Source: Octopus sinensis (Eukaryota). From it: a stretch of DNA of 64,000 bases. Positions 54,201 to 62,444 of this stretch are shown here, piece after piece. The stretch covers positions 90,210,001 through 90,274,000 of the forward strand of contig NC_043000.1 in assembly GCF_006345805.1 (NCBI RefSeq), given 5' to 3'. The translations under genes and the position numbers were made by a program. The notes beneath the pieces are model-generated. The model was not told where the DNA came from, did no database searches, and saw only the letters and a program-made list of their open reading frames with translations. Within the stretch, counting starts at the first letter, position 1. Every line of letters starts with the position of its first letter.

Positions 54201-56555
54201 TCCTTGCTGCTGGAGCTGTATATGATGTTCTTGCAGTGCATGTTGAGTCTCATAACGAAGTTTGGTCTCGTGCATTAGCTTTGCTCTTCTAGACTCGTTA
54301 GCATCAAAATCTGAACTGTCCTCACTCTCACCGTGACAAGAATGTTTCATATGTACCATTTTAGCATGCTTTAGAATCTCATCATCAGATTCTTCATATT
54401 CTGACTCCATTTCTTCCTCCTCCTCTTCTTCTTCCACTTCCTCCTCCTCTTCTTCTTCTTCTTCCTCCTCCTCTTCTTCTTCTTCCTCCTCTTCATCATC
54501 ATCGTCTTCATCAGAACATGTACCTTGCTCTGTATCACGATAAGCTTGAGCGTTTCGGTTTCTAGGGGGCCTTTGCTGACATTTTAATGGCACTGGCTGT
54601 CTTTTGACACCTCGGCGTTTTTGCATTCCATGTTTCAGTGATGTGCATATTTGACCTTCTCCAGCGCTAGAACCACTACATTCTACATCACTTTCGCTAC
54701 CACTACTGCCACCTCCCACCTGGTTAGGAGCCACAAACTCTTGACCAAGGCCAGTGAGCTGCCGATGAGTACCTTCATCCATGTCGCTTTCATCACTGTT
54801 GTCACTGTTGGCCGAAAACTGCTCGCAGCTTTTCTGTTGTTTCTCAGAACAATCATCGTGTTTCTTGGCATGAGAAATCTGTTGTCGTGTTGAGCCAGCT
54901 TTGTTTTCAGCCTTGTTCAACTCTTTTTGATCATCCTCTGAAGGCAATTCCTCATTTTTATTATCAACCATTCCAATTCTCTTGTTGCTGTCCATTTCAG
55001 GGACTTTGTCGGTCTCCCCTTCAGAAAGTTGTAGACTTTCGCTGCTGCTCATTTCTGGTTTGCTTGATTTACCATGTTCTAATTCTTCTTCCTCTTGTTC
55101 AATAGCAGCTACAATGCTCTGTGGCTGGTCAGCTGGCTGTTGTTGTTGGTGATGGACGGCAGCATTATGGCTCTGTGATGTAACACAAGTGCTCCAGATG
55201 CACTTGAGGAGAGCAGATGCTAAATATAAAGTAGACTCAGTGTGTGCAGAGGGATCAAGGGCAGATACTAAGTTAGACAAATGCTGAACCAATTGCAGTT
55301 CTAAATTTTTTATAAGGGGAATCAATATATCATAAACTTGCTTACTACAATGTTTCATTTGACTGGCAGTCCATATACAGTCGATATGTTCATTTGTGAT
55401 TTTTCCTTCAACGGCAAGAAAATTTAAAATAATCTGGCTTTGTTTGATGATTTCCACATGCAAATTAGGACCAAAAATATGCTCAATAATCTTATTTTCT
55501 AGAAGCCATTTAGCTAAATGATTACCAACATTTTCTGCATCTACTAAAGTATCGTTATTGCAGCATTCATTATACAAATCAATCTGACGGTTAATCTGAG
55601 CTATACCAGCCAGTCGAATTGTCAGAGTTGAACAAGTGAAATATTTAAAGGCTAAATCCAAACCTTCTTTGTCATATGTAAAATGTGTATCCAACGGTTC
55701 TTTCACAGCTGCCCACATGAGGTCTGTCATGTTCCGGGTGCCGGCCATTCGCAGGTCTTTATCGGATAATTTACACATATAACGAATTACAGCAGTTCGT
55801 AATGGCACAATACATTGCATCACAGTAGCGATATTCATCCAAAGACGAAGATTTGCAATAATGTTGATGAGAGTATGAGCCACTGTGAATGGAAGCGTGT
55901 CCGGTGTAGCTTTCTCGAAGCATTGTTGCAGTGCTTGGACACCGTTACTATCACAGAAAAAACAAACATTGCGCAAGAGATACAGAGGAACTTCAGAATC
56001 GGAGATTTCACAATAATTGTTCAAGGCTCGAGTTTCCTGCTGAGACAATTCTTCTAGAGATGAATGAACGACATGTTTGTAAGCCACATACGAGGGGAAG
56101 TTCATGAGAAAGACTTTCGTAACTACTTGAAGTAATTGGTCTTTTTCTTCCATGGCCCAAACTTCGGATTCATCGAGTTCTTCTGCATCATTTTTTTCCG
56201 TTTCTTCCGATGACAAGCCATCAATTGACGATTTGTTCTTGTCAGAAATATCAGAAACAGCATCTTCAGAACAATGATCACGCTTTTCTTGTTTTTCTTT
56301 TTCCTTGGCGTAGTCATCAGGCAGAGTCTGAATGTGCCGAATCGCAACAGTCAAAACGATTTGAACAATATTGTTCAATCGTTCAAAGTTCTTAAATTCT
56401 TTGTAGCAGCACATACATTGTTTCTGAGGCCATATATTTACGTATTGAATCACAGACAGAATCTCATTCTTTCCCAGACGAAGACCACCACCGCTGTGAA
56501 GCCGCTCATCGTGGCTATCGAATAAGGACAACAGGCCAGAGCATACATCACACAT
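45273..56555 (-). CDS. USP34: Ubiquitin carboxyl-terminal hydrolase 34, single-exon 3760-aa ORF
   Basis: Uninterrupted ORF. The ATG at 56555 gives MCDVCSGLL (human USP34 starts MCENCADLV); the track's start at 56576 is a GTG, and an in-frame TAA lies at 56601-56603. Cys box GYVGLTNLGATCY (Cys codon 50331-50333), His box VHTGTADGGHYYSFI (His 49545-49547) and WYLFNDAEV (Asp 49473-49475) are intact. USP34-specific blocks include KSEKNMADFDGEE, HIFGPNLHVEIIKQ and FMDFSFEKTNSAYMLFYER, with a ubiquitin-like segment near 52090-52410. Stop TAA at 45273-45275. Confidence 0.97.
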   Translation of the reverse strand: MCDVCSGLLSLFDSHDERLHSGGGLRLGKNEILSVIQYVNIWPQKQCMCCYKEFKNFERLNNIVQIVLTVAIRHIQTLPDDYAKEKEKQEKRDHCSEDAVSDISDKNKSSIDGLSSEETEKNDAEELDESEVWAMEEKDQLLQVVTKVFLMNFPSYVAYKHVVHSSLEELSQQETRALNNYCEISDSEVPLYLLRNVCFFCDSNGVQALQQCFEKATPDTLPFTVAHTLINIIANLRLWMNIATVMQCIVPLRTAVIRYMCKLSDKDLRMAGTRNMTDLMWAAVKEPLDTHFTYDKEGLDLAFKYFTCSTLTIRLAGIAQINRQIDLYNECCNNDTLVDAENVGNHLAKWLLENKIIEHIFGPNLHVEIIKQSQIILNFLAVEGKITNEHIDCIWTASQMKHCSKQVYDILIPLIKNLELQLVQHLSNLVSALDPSAHTESTLYLASALLKCIWSTCVTSQSHNAAVHHQQQQPADQPQSIVAAIEQEEEELEHGKSSKPEMSSSESLQLSEGETDKVPEMDSNKRIGMVDNKNEELPSEDDQKELNKAENKAGSTRQQISHAKKHDDCSEKQQKSCEQFSANSDNSDESDMDEGTHRQLTGLGQEFVAPNQVGGGSSGSESDVECSGSSAGEGQICTSLKHGMQKRRGVKRQPVPLKCQQRPPRNRNAQAYRDTEQGTCSDEDDDDEEEEEEEEEEEEEEEEEEEVEEEEEEEEMESEYEESDDEILKHAKMVHMKHSCHGESEDSSDFDANESRRAKLMHETKLRYETQHALQEHHIQLQQQGLLKQPACLVLQRQGKKRYRIRPGLQRSENQNRIQQSLHPGSVSLEARGDSDGITGHCKDLEVGGDSEKKMAISDPGNLSQDSRDSHDSEARPSTLANHDSADSSIQGVASSQSAQEFENRADEAEMFDCANYIQHMQAHPHGHIQSDYIEDILSPEGSCHSSRMSTKSEKNMADFDGEEVLSDEELAQINAHPHFNTHQMQQHLASMASMYHTHMPHVIHPRPSQKELSVSSCTDFTFDDVCKKGNTLLWDLVQDDMACLLPDGLVVEAEKALYTLVCFSTDRRIKIKFIEACIENVAAHRSVVVSLRLLPKIFSSFQQYRSGSDNHAVTMWAEKELNMMSHFFSDLIHYTESRKCDLQKSTSLYSHKEQIKVRLLFLTGVFSAPGSPDSFRLSQEQVDTLWACLALDPECSDECLSWFLNQAKSKEHHHAMCLETFKHIFLEKMPQLKPESMSMIGLNLFQQLSHLARIANASIDNQLSEDQVCGMDQLWQIALRALNTDVSITAIQFLNNYYINYGNGLLEKEDEFIRRCMDSLLTASQKVEENPDMNLLVIQRGLILLKNHLEGFRKRYAYHLRNWQIDGHGIVSHQCNVHEKQSSPIRILLQPAGISEKTPLDMLSTDLIAELRAEVARWWEALQKQQQLQRQQSSSNHGNSILSPILGAMLGDGPIRMITLGQELTVDNDEKTLSEMQFKDLQLVFVSVGASRPQRKMDGTLPSSCLPSPSPEQLPMMILLQEPSFERLLTLLEQLSNLSFSTADLESKERWNLQSKGKIFSRRVWELLMLLPTSPEMLYGFRSIMPSTPYKEETPPEEPIDWNRLLDPQRPHRLMYSLQIVEALSKNPKCKKKSISRSGGGGDADSDQVLEGLEVPEEVWTKQFISKGGLSHLVDIFKSSTLQAKADETWNQWNQECLAYLLRLISQFSVERSDAEAGHDDLFENYELPRKKMKRQKSNCDKIVVPRLNQTILSMLNVNTDLQIIMQILFDAAIPIENNLCNTGTWGRSEVVHYALNFLVSWAYSCEELKDAFCSSPNFNSWLKRLTLEAPEPCVRKEVCTGLYQLCLGKTSENRNGYAFLLPILSSMLSFLPEALLIKPRVNDAYLQEEKKETYGPGCRDYFWLVCRFVDNISKEDANTKSDSLVNLDMLCKEIANHIISRSFYETRNGYEEDDALIGLLNLCTAILKHEPPFKTSENGRVFLEDIFWCLFALPSPVNRKLPKCKSQASRAAAYDLLVEMVKGSVENYAILHEKMMKQHSKDSHVPYPWDYWPHEDGRSKCGYVGLTNLGATCYMATCMQHLYMIPQARQSVLQAKCTDQTKHEATLIELQKIFAYLQESERKAYNPKSFCKTYTMDKQPLNTGEQKDMTEFFTDLITKLEEMSSDMKKLVKSLFGGVLTNNVVSLDCPHVSRTVEEFYTVRCQVTDMKNLYDSLDEVTVKDMLEGDNMYTCSKCQKKVRAEKRACFRKLPKILCFNTMRYTFNMVTMMKEKVNTHFSFPLRLDMSQYMEVNLMGPDKLQDDDDKNDTFTKDESDCHEYELIGVTVHTGTADGGHYYSFIRDRISQSKTGFDKWYLFNDAEVKPFDPSQIAAECFGGEMTSKTYDSVTDKFMDFSFEKTNSAYMLFYERCSPKKKEVPNEESDAASEPPQKFNFDLSKELADWIWQDNMQFLQDKNIFEHTYFGFMLQLCGYIQTTLPRDDPRKVPLMVAQLSASFVLETHIHAKEKPTMLQWIELLTKQFNSCQAACEWFLEHMAECDWWPQQILIKCPNQMVRQMFQRLLVHVITQLKNAQYDLLTSGNPNDDQTKSNSLSGQTCATKFIRRMLAILEQGVRPHSKYLTEYFSFLLEFAKMGDEECFFLINNNAISAIVNFYMGQKAQENYVEILSDDDEEDDVIAMPEDKHRPLALDKMIALIAQLVERSRGEDNQLRLSEKDYNSIIGGKGFPFLYNQIKDHINVRQTCNLIFSLCRWNDSLALAIVQMLFNAVKKLNAEQAQPFFKLMSLLVEFIGGPPGMPPFLQYILQRFWELTECCPHQCLEWLSNLVTRNKIANAWVLQQMDNWVEGYLIAHGNVRVRNAASFLLVSLVPSLNFRQAFRTARSILSPHKELLLSSDALAVLHQIYEHLLSLLSRARLYVDPQVHGTSKLVCYFAVVTYCLISKKEKLMFGRYFADLWQLFQPKLSEPQISMHHNKQAMLMFWYQVCLDCPENVKLIVTNTHVCKNIAFNYILADHDDQEVVMFNRCMLPAYYGLLRICCQQSRSFTRQLAQHQNILWAFKNISPYPAQYTAAVEELFKMMRVMSMKHQDSSEEELKAINNFRRTTIQMYLQHLDARSGWQTLINSFKILVDSTDDRLLIIYQQGLQMITEAFFTLHVMYHEATACHVTGDIVDLLALLLPVLKVARHYLERKNPSTLHVKECIFNWNERAEFVRKLLTLLNSYTPPEIRQSCFEVLKEMVLTFQKDIIPTIVTILRDSHKAFQDTNLPVSVGPYFPRRGQKTICSKSNVRPPRPQFQMLLHSNQLEASRNVDDCYDAALSDFFNQYHLFIDLLCRVAVNQHNLTKDLINLSAMVAYEGVPLHSLYFAKLWNEIYHLEQFDKSCIKVLCNSYYFIEYVNAVLLDERMSLNSPIIYQFFCNFFPKVHQQVLNDQGQSLLDSLVASITAEKSATENVKTDQELFSICQRINGDLRAMLLIFSVQPPKQLSSLLTDSLQHIHRVCCDYQQRQRSENEDSSLAASSTSVVSLSTTTTTTTATTNTPTITTTAATSTVPTAVSVATNSSKTSSSSPLSSPLPTSSAVTSSPTTTSINPGINIDPITTAETLTEVPVTAEKLTRSEHLNSSEPDESMETPTKRQRFSNDPDEMETDNNAEEVSPGFQIASESSLSGTGGIGSGAGQTGSGRLSSEEGKETDTKCEQHSPNKGTAATTSGTTTSTTTTTSTTSTALSGARSIHREKPNFLDTVIKHIEHLYGFLGLK

Positions 56556-56600
56556 TCTCAGAATCTTGAGAAACACCGCAAGGAAATCTTGCTGAATAAA

Positions 56601-56618
56601 TTATAAGCGACTCGACAT
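56601..56618 (-). other. uORF3 (MSSRL*), in frame with USP34 and ending 45 nt before its ATG
   Basis: ATG TCG AGT CGC TTA TAA on the minus strand. Confidence 0.4.
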
Positions 56619-56625
56619 GACAGAA

Positions 56626-56670
56626 TCACAAAATCGAATCGAACGTGAGAAAAAGTTTTTTGTTTTCCAT
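56626..56670 (-). other. uORF2 (MENKKLFLTFDSIL*) upstream of USP34
   Basis: Hand translation with GGTATGG context. It overlaps a possible AAG|GTATGG donor. Confidence 0.4.
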
Positions 56671-56694
56671 ACCTTTTTTTTTTTTTTTAAGCAT

Positions 56695-56709
56695 TCAACA
56701 ATCCGCCAT
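56695..56709 (-). other. uORF1 (MADC*) upstream of USP34, strong Kozak context
   Basis: AATATGGCGGATTGTTGA read on the minus strand. Its presence in the mature mRNA is not established. Confidence 0.45.
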
Positions 56710-56712
56710 ATT
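56703..56712. promoter_or_regulatory. YY1/Pho-type motif CCGCCATATT in the USP34 leader or promoter
   Basis: Matches the YY1 consensus CCGCCATNTT, typical just downstream of housekeeping TSSs, in a relatively CpG-retaining zone. Confidence 0.45.
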
Positions 56713-57848
56713 TGTTTTTAGACGTTTTCTTTCACCGGGAAGAGAATTAAACTTAAACCAGAGTGACCTCCCTTGGCAGAAACAAATTTTCTTCAATTTC
56801 ATTTGTGCAAAATATGCCACAAACAACTTTATACACTAACTTTCTTCTTGACAGCGTTTAAGGAAAAAGACAACGTTTCAACATTAATCCAGTAAATGTT
56901 GAAGAAGTAAACTGAAACTATTACATCAGAACAAAAAATACAAACGGAAATTCGAATGTTTTTGTTTACCTCTGTTTCTCCTACCTCATCCACTCAATTT
57001 AAAGTTTTTTTAATCTCCGACAATAGAGAACGCACCCCCTGTCCTAAATCCATACGCGTTTATTTCCCCTTTATTCTATATTTACCGTATTTTTAATTTC
57101 TTTCGAAGTCTAGTCTTGGGGTCATTGTCGACAACATCGACCAATATAATGTATATTTAAATTATTATATATATTATATATTACTGATGGATCCTCATTT
57201 TATCGATCACGGAGGGAAGAAATGCAAAGACGGCACTGATTGTATTTGAACTAAATTTAACATTCAGTCCGAAGTCCAGTGCACTTATTTGCTACACGAA
57301 ATAATTTAACACCCACCATACCGTTAGGCTTTTTCACTATAAAAATATTATCGACTTCTGAAATTTTGTTACGAAAATAATAATAAAACGCCTTTATACC
57401 TAGATCAACTTTTATTCATTTTTAATGTTAGCTATATATTTTTAATAAAAAATTTTTTTTTCAATTAATCATTAGAAGGTTAGTTCATAAATTGCTTGCT
57501 TTCGGTACTTGATCGGAATTTTAAGAACATCATTGTTCTTTTAAAATTTTAAAACAACAACAATTTGAAGAATTGTTATAAATTAAGAATGTTAGTATGA
57601 GGTAACGTTTTTTTTTTTTTTTTGAAAGAGGGGGAAGTAGGAGTAGATATTGTTAAGGCGGTAAGAGGAACCTTGTTAAACACTTTATAAAACTCAGCAG
57701 AATCATTTCGAATACGTTTTGGGCTTCATTTTTTTTTTAATAAATAAAGCTTTATCATGTTTCAACTTTAACTGCGGATAAAACAAACGATAGAAAGACA
57801 AATAAAGGAAGCCAAAATAAAACTTTAAGAAATATTTTAGTGTCTTAC

Positions 57849-57911
57849 TTGTTGTGTACTGAAGTCAAATCCAAGATATATTCGGTCGCTGCAAATATTG
57901 GTGCTTGACAT
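57849..57911 (-). CDS. XYLB: Xylulose kinase exon 1 (MSSTNICSDRIYLGFDFSTQQ)
   Basis: Hand translation gives ATG at 57911 and the FGGY-kinase N-terminal motif YLGFDFSTQQ (human XYLB LGWDFSTQQ). A GTAAGA donor follows at 57848 (phase 0). Confidence 0.93.
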
Positions 57912-59075
57912 GATTGCAATGTCAAGGTTATGTTTTGCTGTCAAGGCTTCTATCTATACGGTTTAGTGTGTGTGTGTATATACATATATCTATATATGTA
58001 TGTATGTCTATTATGTTTTGTTATCTCAGGCGTTTTTATTATACATTTTTAGATTTGCCCCCTCCTTTATCCCTTTCAGAAACATAATAGTGGGTTCTGA
58101 GGAAAGTTTTCTTACTTTTGAGTTTATTTGGAAGGGAGGGGGATTTCACATTTAAAAAGAAATCAACTGCTTATCTTTGCATAATAATTTGAACTGAGTA
58201 TTTTTCGCGGTTCATTTTGAATTATCACGCTTATAAATGAACATATGTACAATAAGAAATATAAGATCCCTATGAACCTAGTTTCCAACACGGTTTTTAT
58301 TCTACGTTGTTGCTTACTCACTTTTTCAATATCTAATGTCTAAGGGTAAAAATAAAAATGATGCACTAATGTTCTATTAATTCTACAGGTTTTGGAGCTG
58401 CTCACCATTTAAACAGAATGAGTCAAAACATTTCTGGTTGGCCTAATGGATAGGGCACCGGACAAACAAGCGACAAATCAGGAGTTCGAGTCTTGCTACT
58501 GGCGTTATAATGTCTATGTGAACAAGGACACCTCCCCCCCCCCAGCTCATTCTTCTTAGTTGTCCATATGTATCACCTTTATCAGATATTGTTATCTTCA
58601 GCTGTAACAGATTTTGACATATATGTTGGTTTATAATGAAAATTTCAATTTTTGTTGGTTTTAGAGGTTACAACTAGTTAGTGCATATATCCAGAGATAT
58701 ATTTCAATGTCAATACTGTTACAAATATCAGAACCAGAATGTTTCAAATAACATAATTTTAGTTGTATGAATTAAAGATTAGTTCAATATTTGTTCCTAT
58801 TTTCACTCAAGTTTAAAAATCTGCTGGATCTCATTCATAAGGGAATCTTACATTGCTTATAAACTCTATATTTGGAAGGACTCATTTTAAACTCTGTTGG
58901 ACTTTCGGACTTTACTCATAGGATATTGGAATATTGTATATATACCATTATGCCTAAAAAATGGATTTACAACTTCAATACCCATACATATCTTGCATCT
59001 ATTTTCTTTCCTCCACCTCACTCTCTATTTTGTATCACATCTAAACTAACTATGACTTAACTATCCTCTCACACC

Positions 59076-59127
59076 GTCTCCGATGAAGGGATATAATTAA
59101 TAAATATCCTAGAAACAGCTGTAAGAC
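59076..59127 (+). ncRNA. Variant hammerhead-like motif (core CCGATGA)
   Basis: GTCT-CCGATGA-A-GGGATAT...ATATCCT-A-GAAA-CAGCTG-TA-AGAC; the same GAAACAGCTGTA module as the 16.9-kb copy. Confidence 0.5.
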
Positions 59128-59194
59128 CCTTTATCTATAAATGCTCTAATATCTACACAGCCTTGGTTTTTTTATCTTATTACGCAAAAAATTC

Positions 59195-59230
<36 letters not shown>

Positions 59231-59620
59231 ATATATATGTATTTATCTCCTTCATGAAGGCACTTGGTTTAGTGGTGAGGGGTATTCAGCACATGATTGT
59301 AAGGTTGTGAGTTTGATTCCCAGTGGCTCATTGTGTTCCTGAGCAAGACACTTTATTTCACGAAGCTCCAGTCGACTCAGCAGGCAAAAATCAGTAGTAT
59401 CTGTATTTCAAAGGGCCGGCCTTCACACATCCTGGGTTATGCTTAATCTCCCTGAGAACCATGTTCAGGGTATGCATGTCTGTAAAGTGCTCAGCCACTT
59501 GCACATTAATTCATGAGCAGGCTGTTCTGTTGAGCAGATCAACTGGAACCCTTATCATCATATCCAACAGAGTGCCAACAATATCTCCCCCCTCTCTCTC
59601 TCACTCTGTATATATATGTA

Positions 59621-59886
59621 TAGGCACAGGAGTGGCTGTGTGGTAAGTAGTTTACTAACCAACCACATGGTTCCAGATTTGGTCCCACTGCATGGCACCT
59701 TGGTCAAGTGTCTTCTACTATAGCCTCAGGCCGACCAAAGCCTTGTGAGTGGATTTGGTAGATGGAAATTGAAAGAAGCCTTTCGTGTATATGTATATAT
59801 GTATGTGTATGTGTGTGTATATGTTTGTGTGTCTGTGTTTGTCCCCCTAGGATTTGGTAGATGGAAATTGAAAGAAGCCTGTTGTG

Positions 59887-59917
<31 letters not shown>

Positions 59918-60060
59918 ATGTTTGTGTGTCTATGTTTGTCCCGCCACCATCGCTTGACAGCCAATGTTGGTGTGTTTATGTCCCTGTAATTTAGCGGGGC
60001 AAAAGAGACCGAAACAATAAGTACTAGGCTAAGAAATGACTCATACAAGTAAAAGTGTAA
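59621..60060 (+). mobile_element. Abundant SINE with an internal duplication of about 100 bp
   Basis: The unit ggatttggtagatggaaattgaaagaagcc...gtttgtccc occurs twice, at 59751 and 59850. Confidence 0.8.
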
Positions 60061-62407
60061 GAAAGTATATATATATATGAAGAGAGTGAGTGAAAAAGAG
60101 ACGTAGATAGATAAATAGATAGATAGATCGATAGACACACACAGTCTTATTATTCTTAGCCCAATGTATTTTGTGCACAATGTCTATGAGAAAAATTTTC
60201 TCAGGGGACTATTTCCAAGGTGAGAAATGTTCCCACATCCAGGTATACATGAACTTACTAAATATGGTTATAAATGATTGTACACACGCACACACACACA
60301 CATATAGTTATAGCGAGAGAGAGAGAGAGAGAAGAAATATTTGATGTACATAAGTCAATGAGAACAAGAGCACTCAGATAGCGCAAACCTCCACCAAGGC
60401 AACACAAATGTCCTCTCAACAATTAACCAGAGATGATTTTTAAAATGAGAATATCTGAAATAAACTCGACTGCTCTTACAAATGAGAATACAAAAAAATG
60501 AACCTGACCACTCTCAAAAATTAAGTAAAAAAAAAACAGAAAAATAATCTAGAATCCTTGTCTGGTACCAGATCGATCCCAATGGTAGCTATGGAACGTG
60601 AAGGTGACTGTAGAAAATTTAGTAACAGCAATAAATAGTTTATCCTTATCTAATACAAGCCAAAGTTAACAAATTCACCATTCAAAATAGTTTCAAAGGT
60701 GGATGTAATAATAATAAGTTCTACTCAGGAATTTTTAAATGAATAGCATGAGACCTTTTGATTTCCTCTTCTCTAAAATTCCGTCCTTCCTTTAGTATTC
60801 CCGTATAGATGTATGTATATATGTAAGTATACTGTAAAGTGTTAATATGTATGTATAATATATATATTATAAAAATATGTTAATGTTATTTAATTTCTGA
60901 ATGGTTTTGCTGCCGTTTATTTATGTAGTTTGATTTCTTTATTCATCAGTTTCTACTAAGATAGAGACATGAGTAAAATTAACAGAGAAGCGAAAATAAA
61001 ACTTTGGAAACAGCCTAAACGGAAATAATTGAGAAAGACTTGAAAGTCAACATAAGATCGTAATCATGTAAAGTAAAGTAAATATGACAAATAATCCAGA
61101 ATTATTGTCTGATACCGGGTTGATCCCAAATCTAATCAGTTTATGCTAGTGATGAGGCCAAACATACCTGAAAGTTTCATCCGAATCCACCTAACGGTTC
61201 TTGAGATATTTTGTCCATGGACAAACAAACAAACATCACTGAAAACAATACCTCCACCTTTACTAAGGTGGAGGTAATAATGAAGGATAATGAGGGGAGG
61301 TGAAAAAAGATGAACTGAAATATATAAACAAAATGAAATGCAAGTATATGGAGCCTCACTTGAAACAAAAACATTTTGCATTATGGAAAGGAAGTAGAAG
61401 TAAATCCTATCAGTTTTGACAGACAAGGCTATGTGGATTCCCTGTTACATGGTTTTGAGGTTTAGTCACACTGTGTTGCACATTGGGCAAATGTTTTCTA
61501 TGATAACCCAGGGTTGAACAAACACTGGGTAAATATAGACAGAAGCAGAGACTGCTCTGTGTGTGTGTATGTGTCAGAATTTTGCTTCCCAGCCACACGG
61601 CACTGGTTCAGTCCCACTGTGTGACACCTTGAGCAAGTATCTTGTATTATCACCTTGGATCTAACAAAGCCTTGTGAGTAGATTTGGTAAACAGAAACTA
61701 AATGAAGCCTCTCATATATATCTTATATATGTATGTATGTATATATGTATGTATGCATATATGTGTGTATATGCGTGTTATTATTCCTTTGTCTTGTTAT
61801 TGCATGGTAATAGTAAAATATTCTGTGGCATGTTTGGTGATGGGGAAATTCACCTTATTTGGAAACAGGTGAGAGCATGACAGCTAGGGCATCTGGTCAC
61901 AGAAAATCTCTCAACAAACTCTATCCAACTCATGCAAGCATGGAAAAGTAAACATTACAAACAGTGATGACTCTGTGTGTGTGTGAAACATTAAAATTGT
62001 TACATAATTTTACCATATACCTTGTTACAAGAAATTATTTGTCTACAAATGATTTTACAAAGCAAGGTGGATTCATCAGAAAATCAGGTGTATGAAAACT
62101 TATGTAACACTTTTAATGTTCCATGATATGGATCCCATACATTTTTTAACCATATGTAGTGCATAACTACTTCTTCCATTCCTTTCATTCACTTATTTAA
62201 TTATTGCATACTACGTAACATAAGTTGCTTTTGTACTGGAGTTGTATAGTACCTATCATCTTATTATTTTGATATGGAACAGAATGTATTTGATACATGG
62301 ATTAATAAATTTCATTGATCAATTATTGTTTTCTTGTTTTCTTTAAAGCCTTCTTATGCTAGAGGCTAACTAACTGTTGTGCCATCACTGATTGGATCTC
62401 ACTACAT

Positions 62408-62444
<37 letters not shown>

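Larger units (their letters stand above)
56560..58300 (-). promoter_or_regulatory. Putative promoter zone(s) for USP34 and XYLB
   Basis: By eye, CpG dinucleotides are more frequent here than in the flanking introns. The zone spans the 5' ends of both genes; TSSs are not determinable from sequence. Confidence 0.4.

Noticed and set aside
56556-56576. Track start giving a 3767-aa USP34 (MFLKILR...)
   Set aside because: The codon at 56576 is GTG; the first in-frame ATG (56555) matches the conserved MCxxC start of USP34.
57201-57207. TATCGAT DRE/DREF-like promoter motif near USP34
   Set aside because: It lies within a degraded SINE whose consensus already contains TTATCGA, so it is not independent evidence.
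58435-58503. tRNA-like A/B boxes (TGGCCTAATGG...GGAGTTCGAGTC)
   Set aside because: No convincing acceptor or anticodon stems; most likely a decayed tRNA-derived SINE head, not a tRNA gene.
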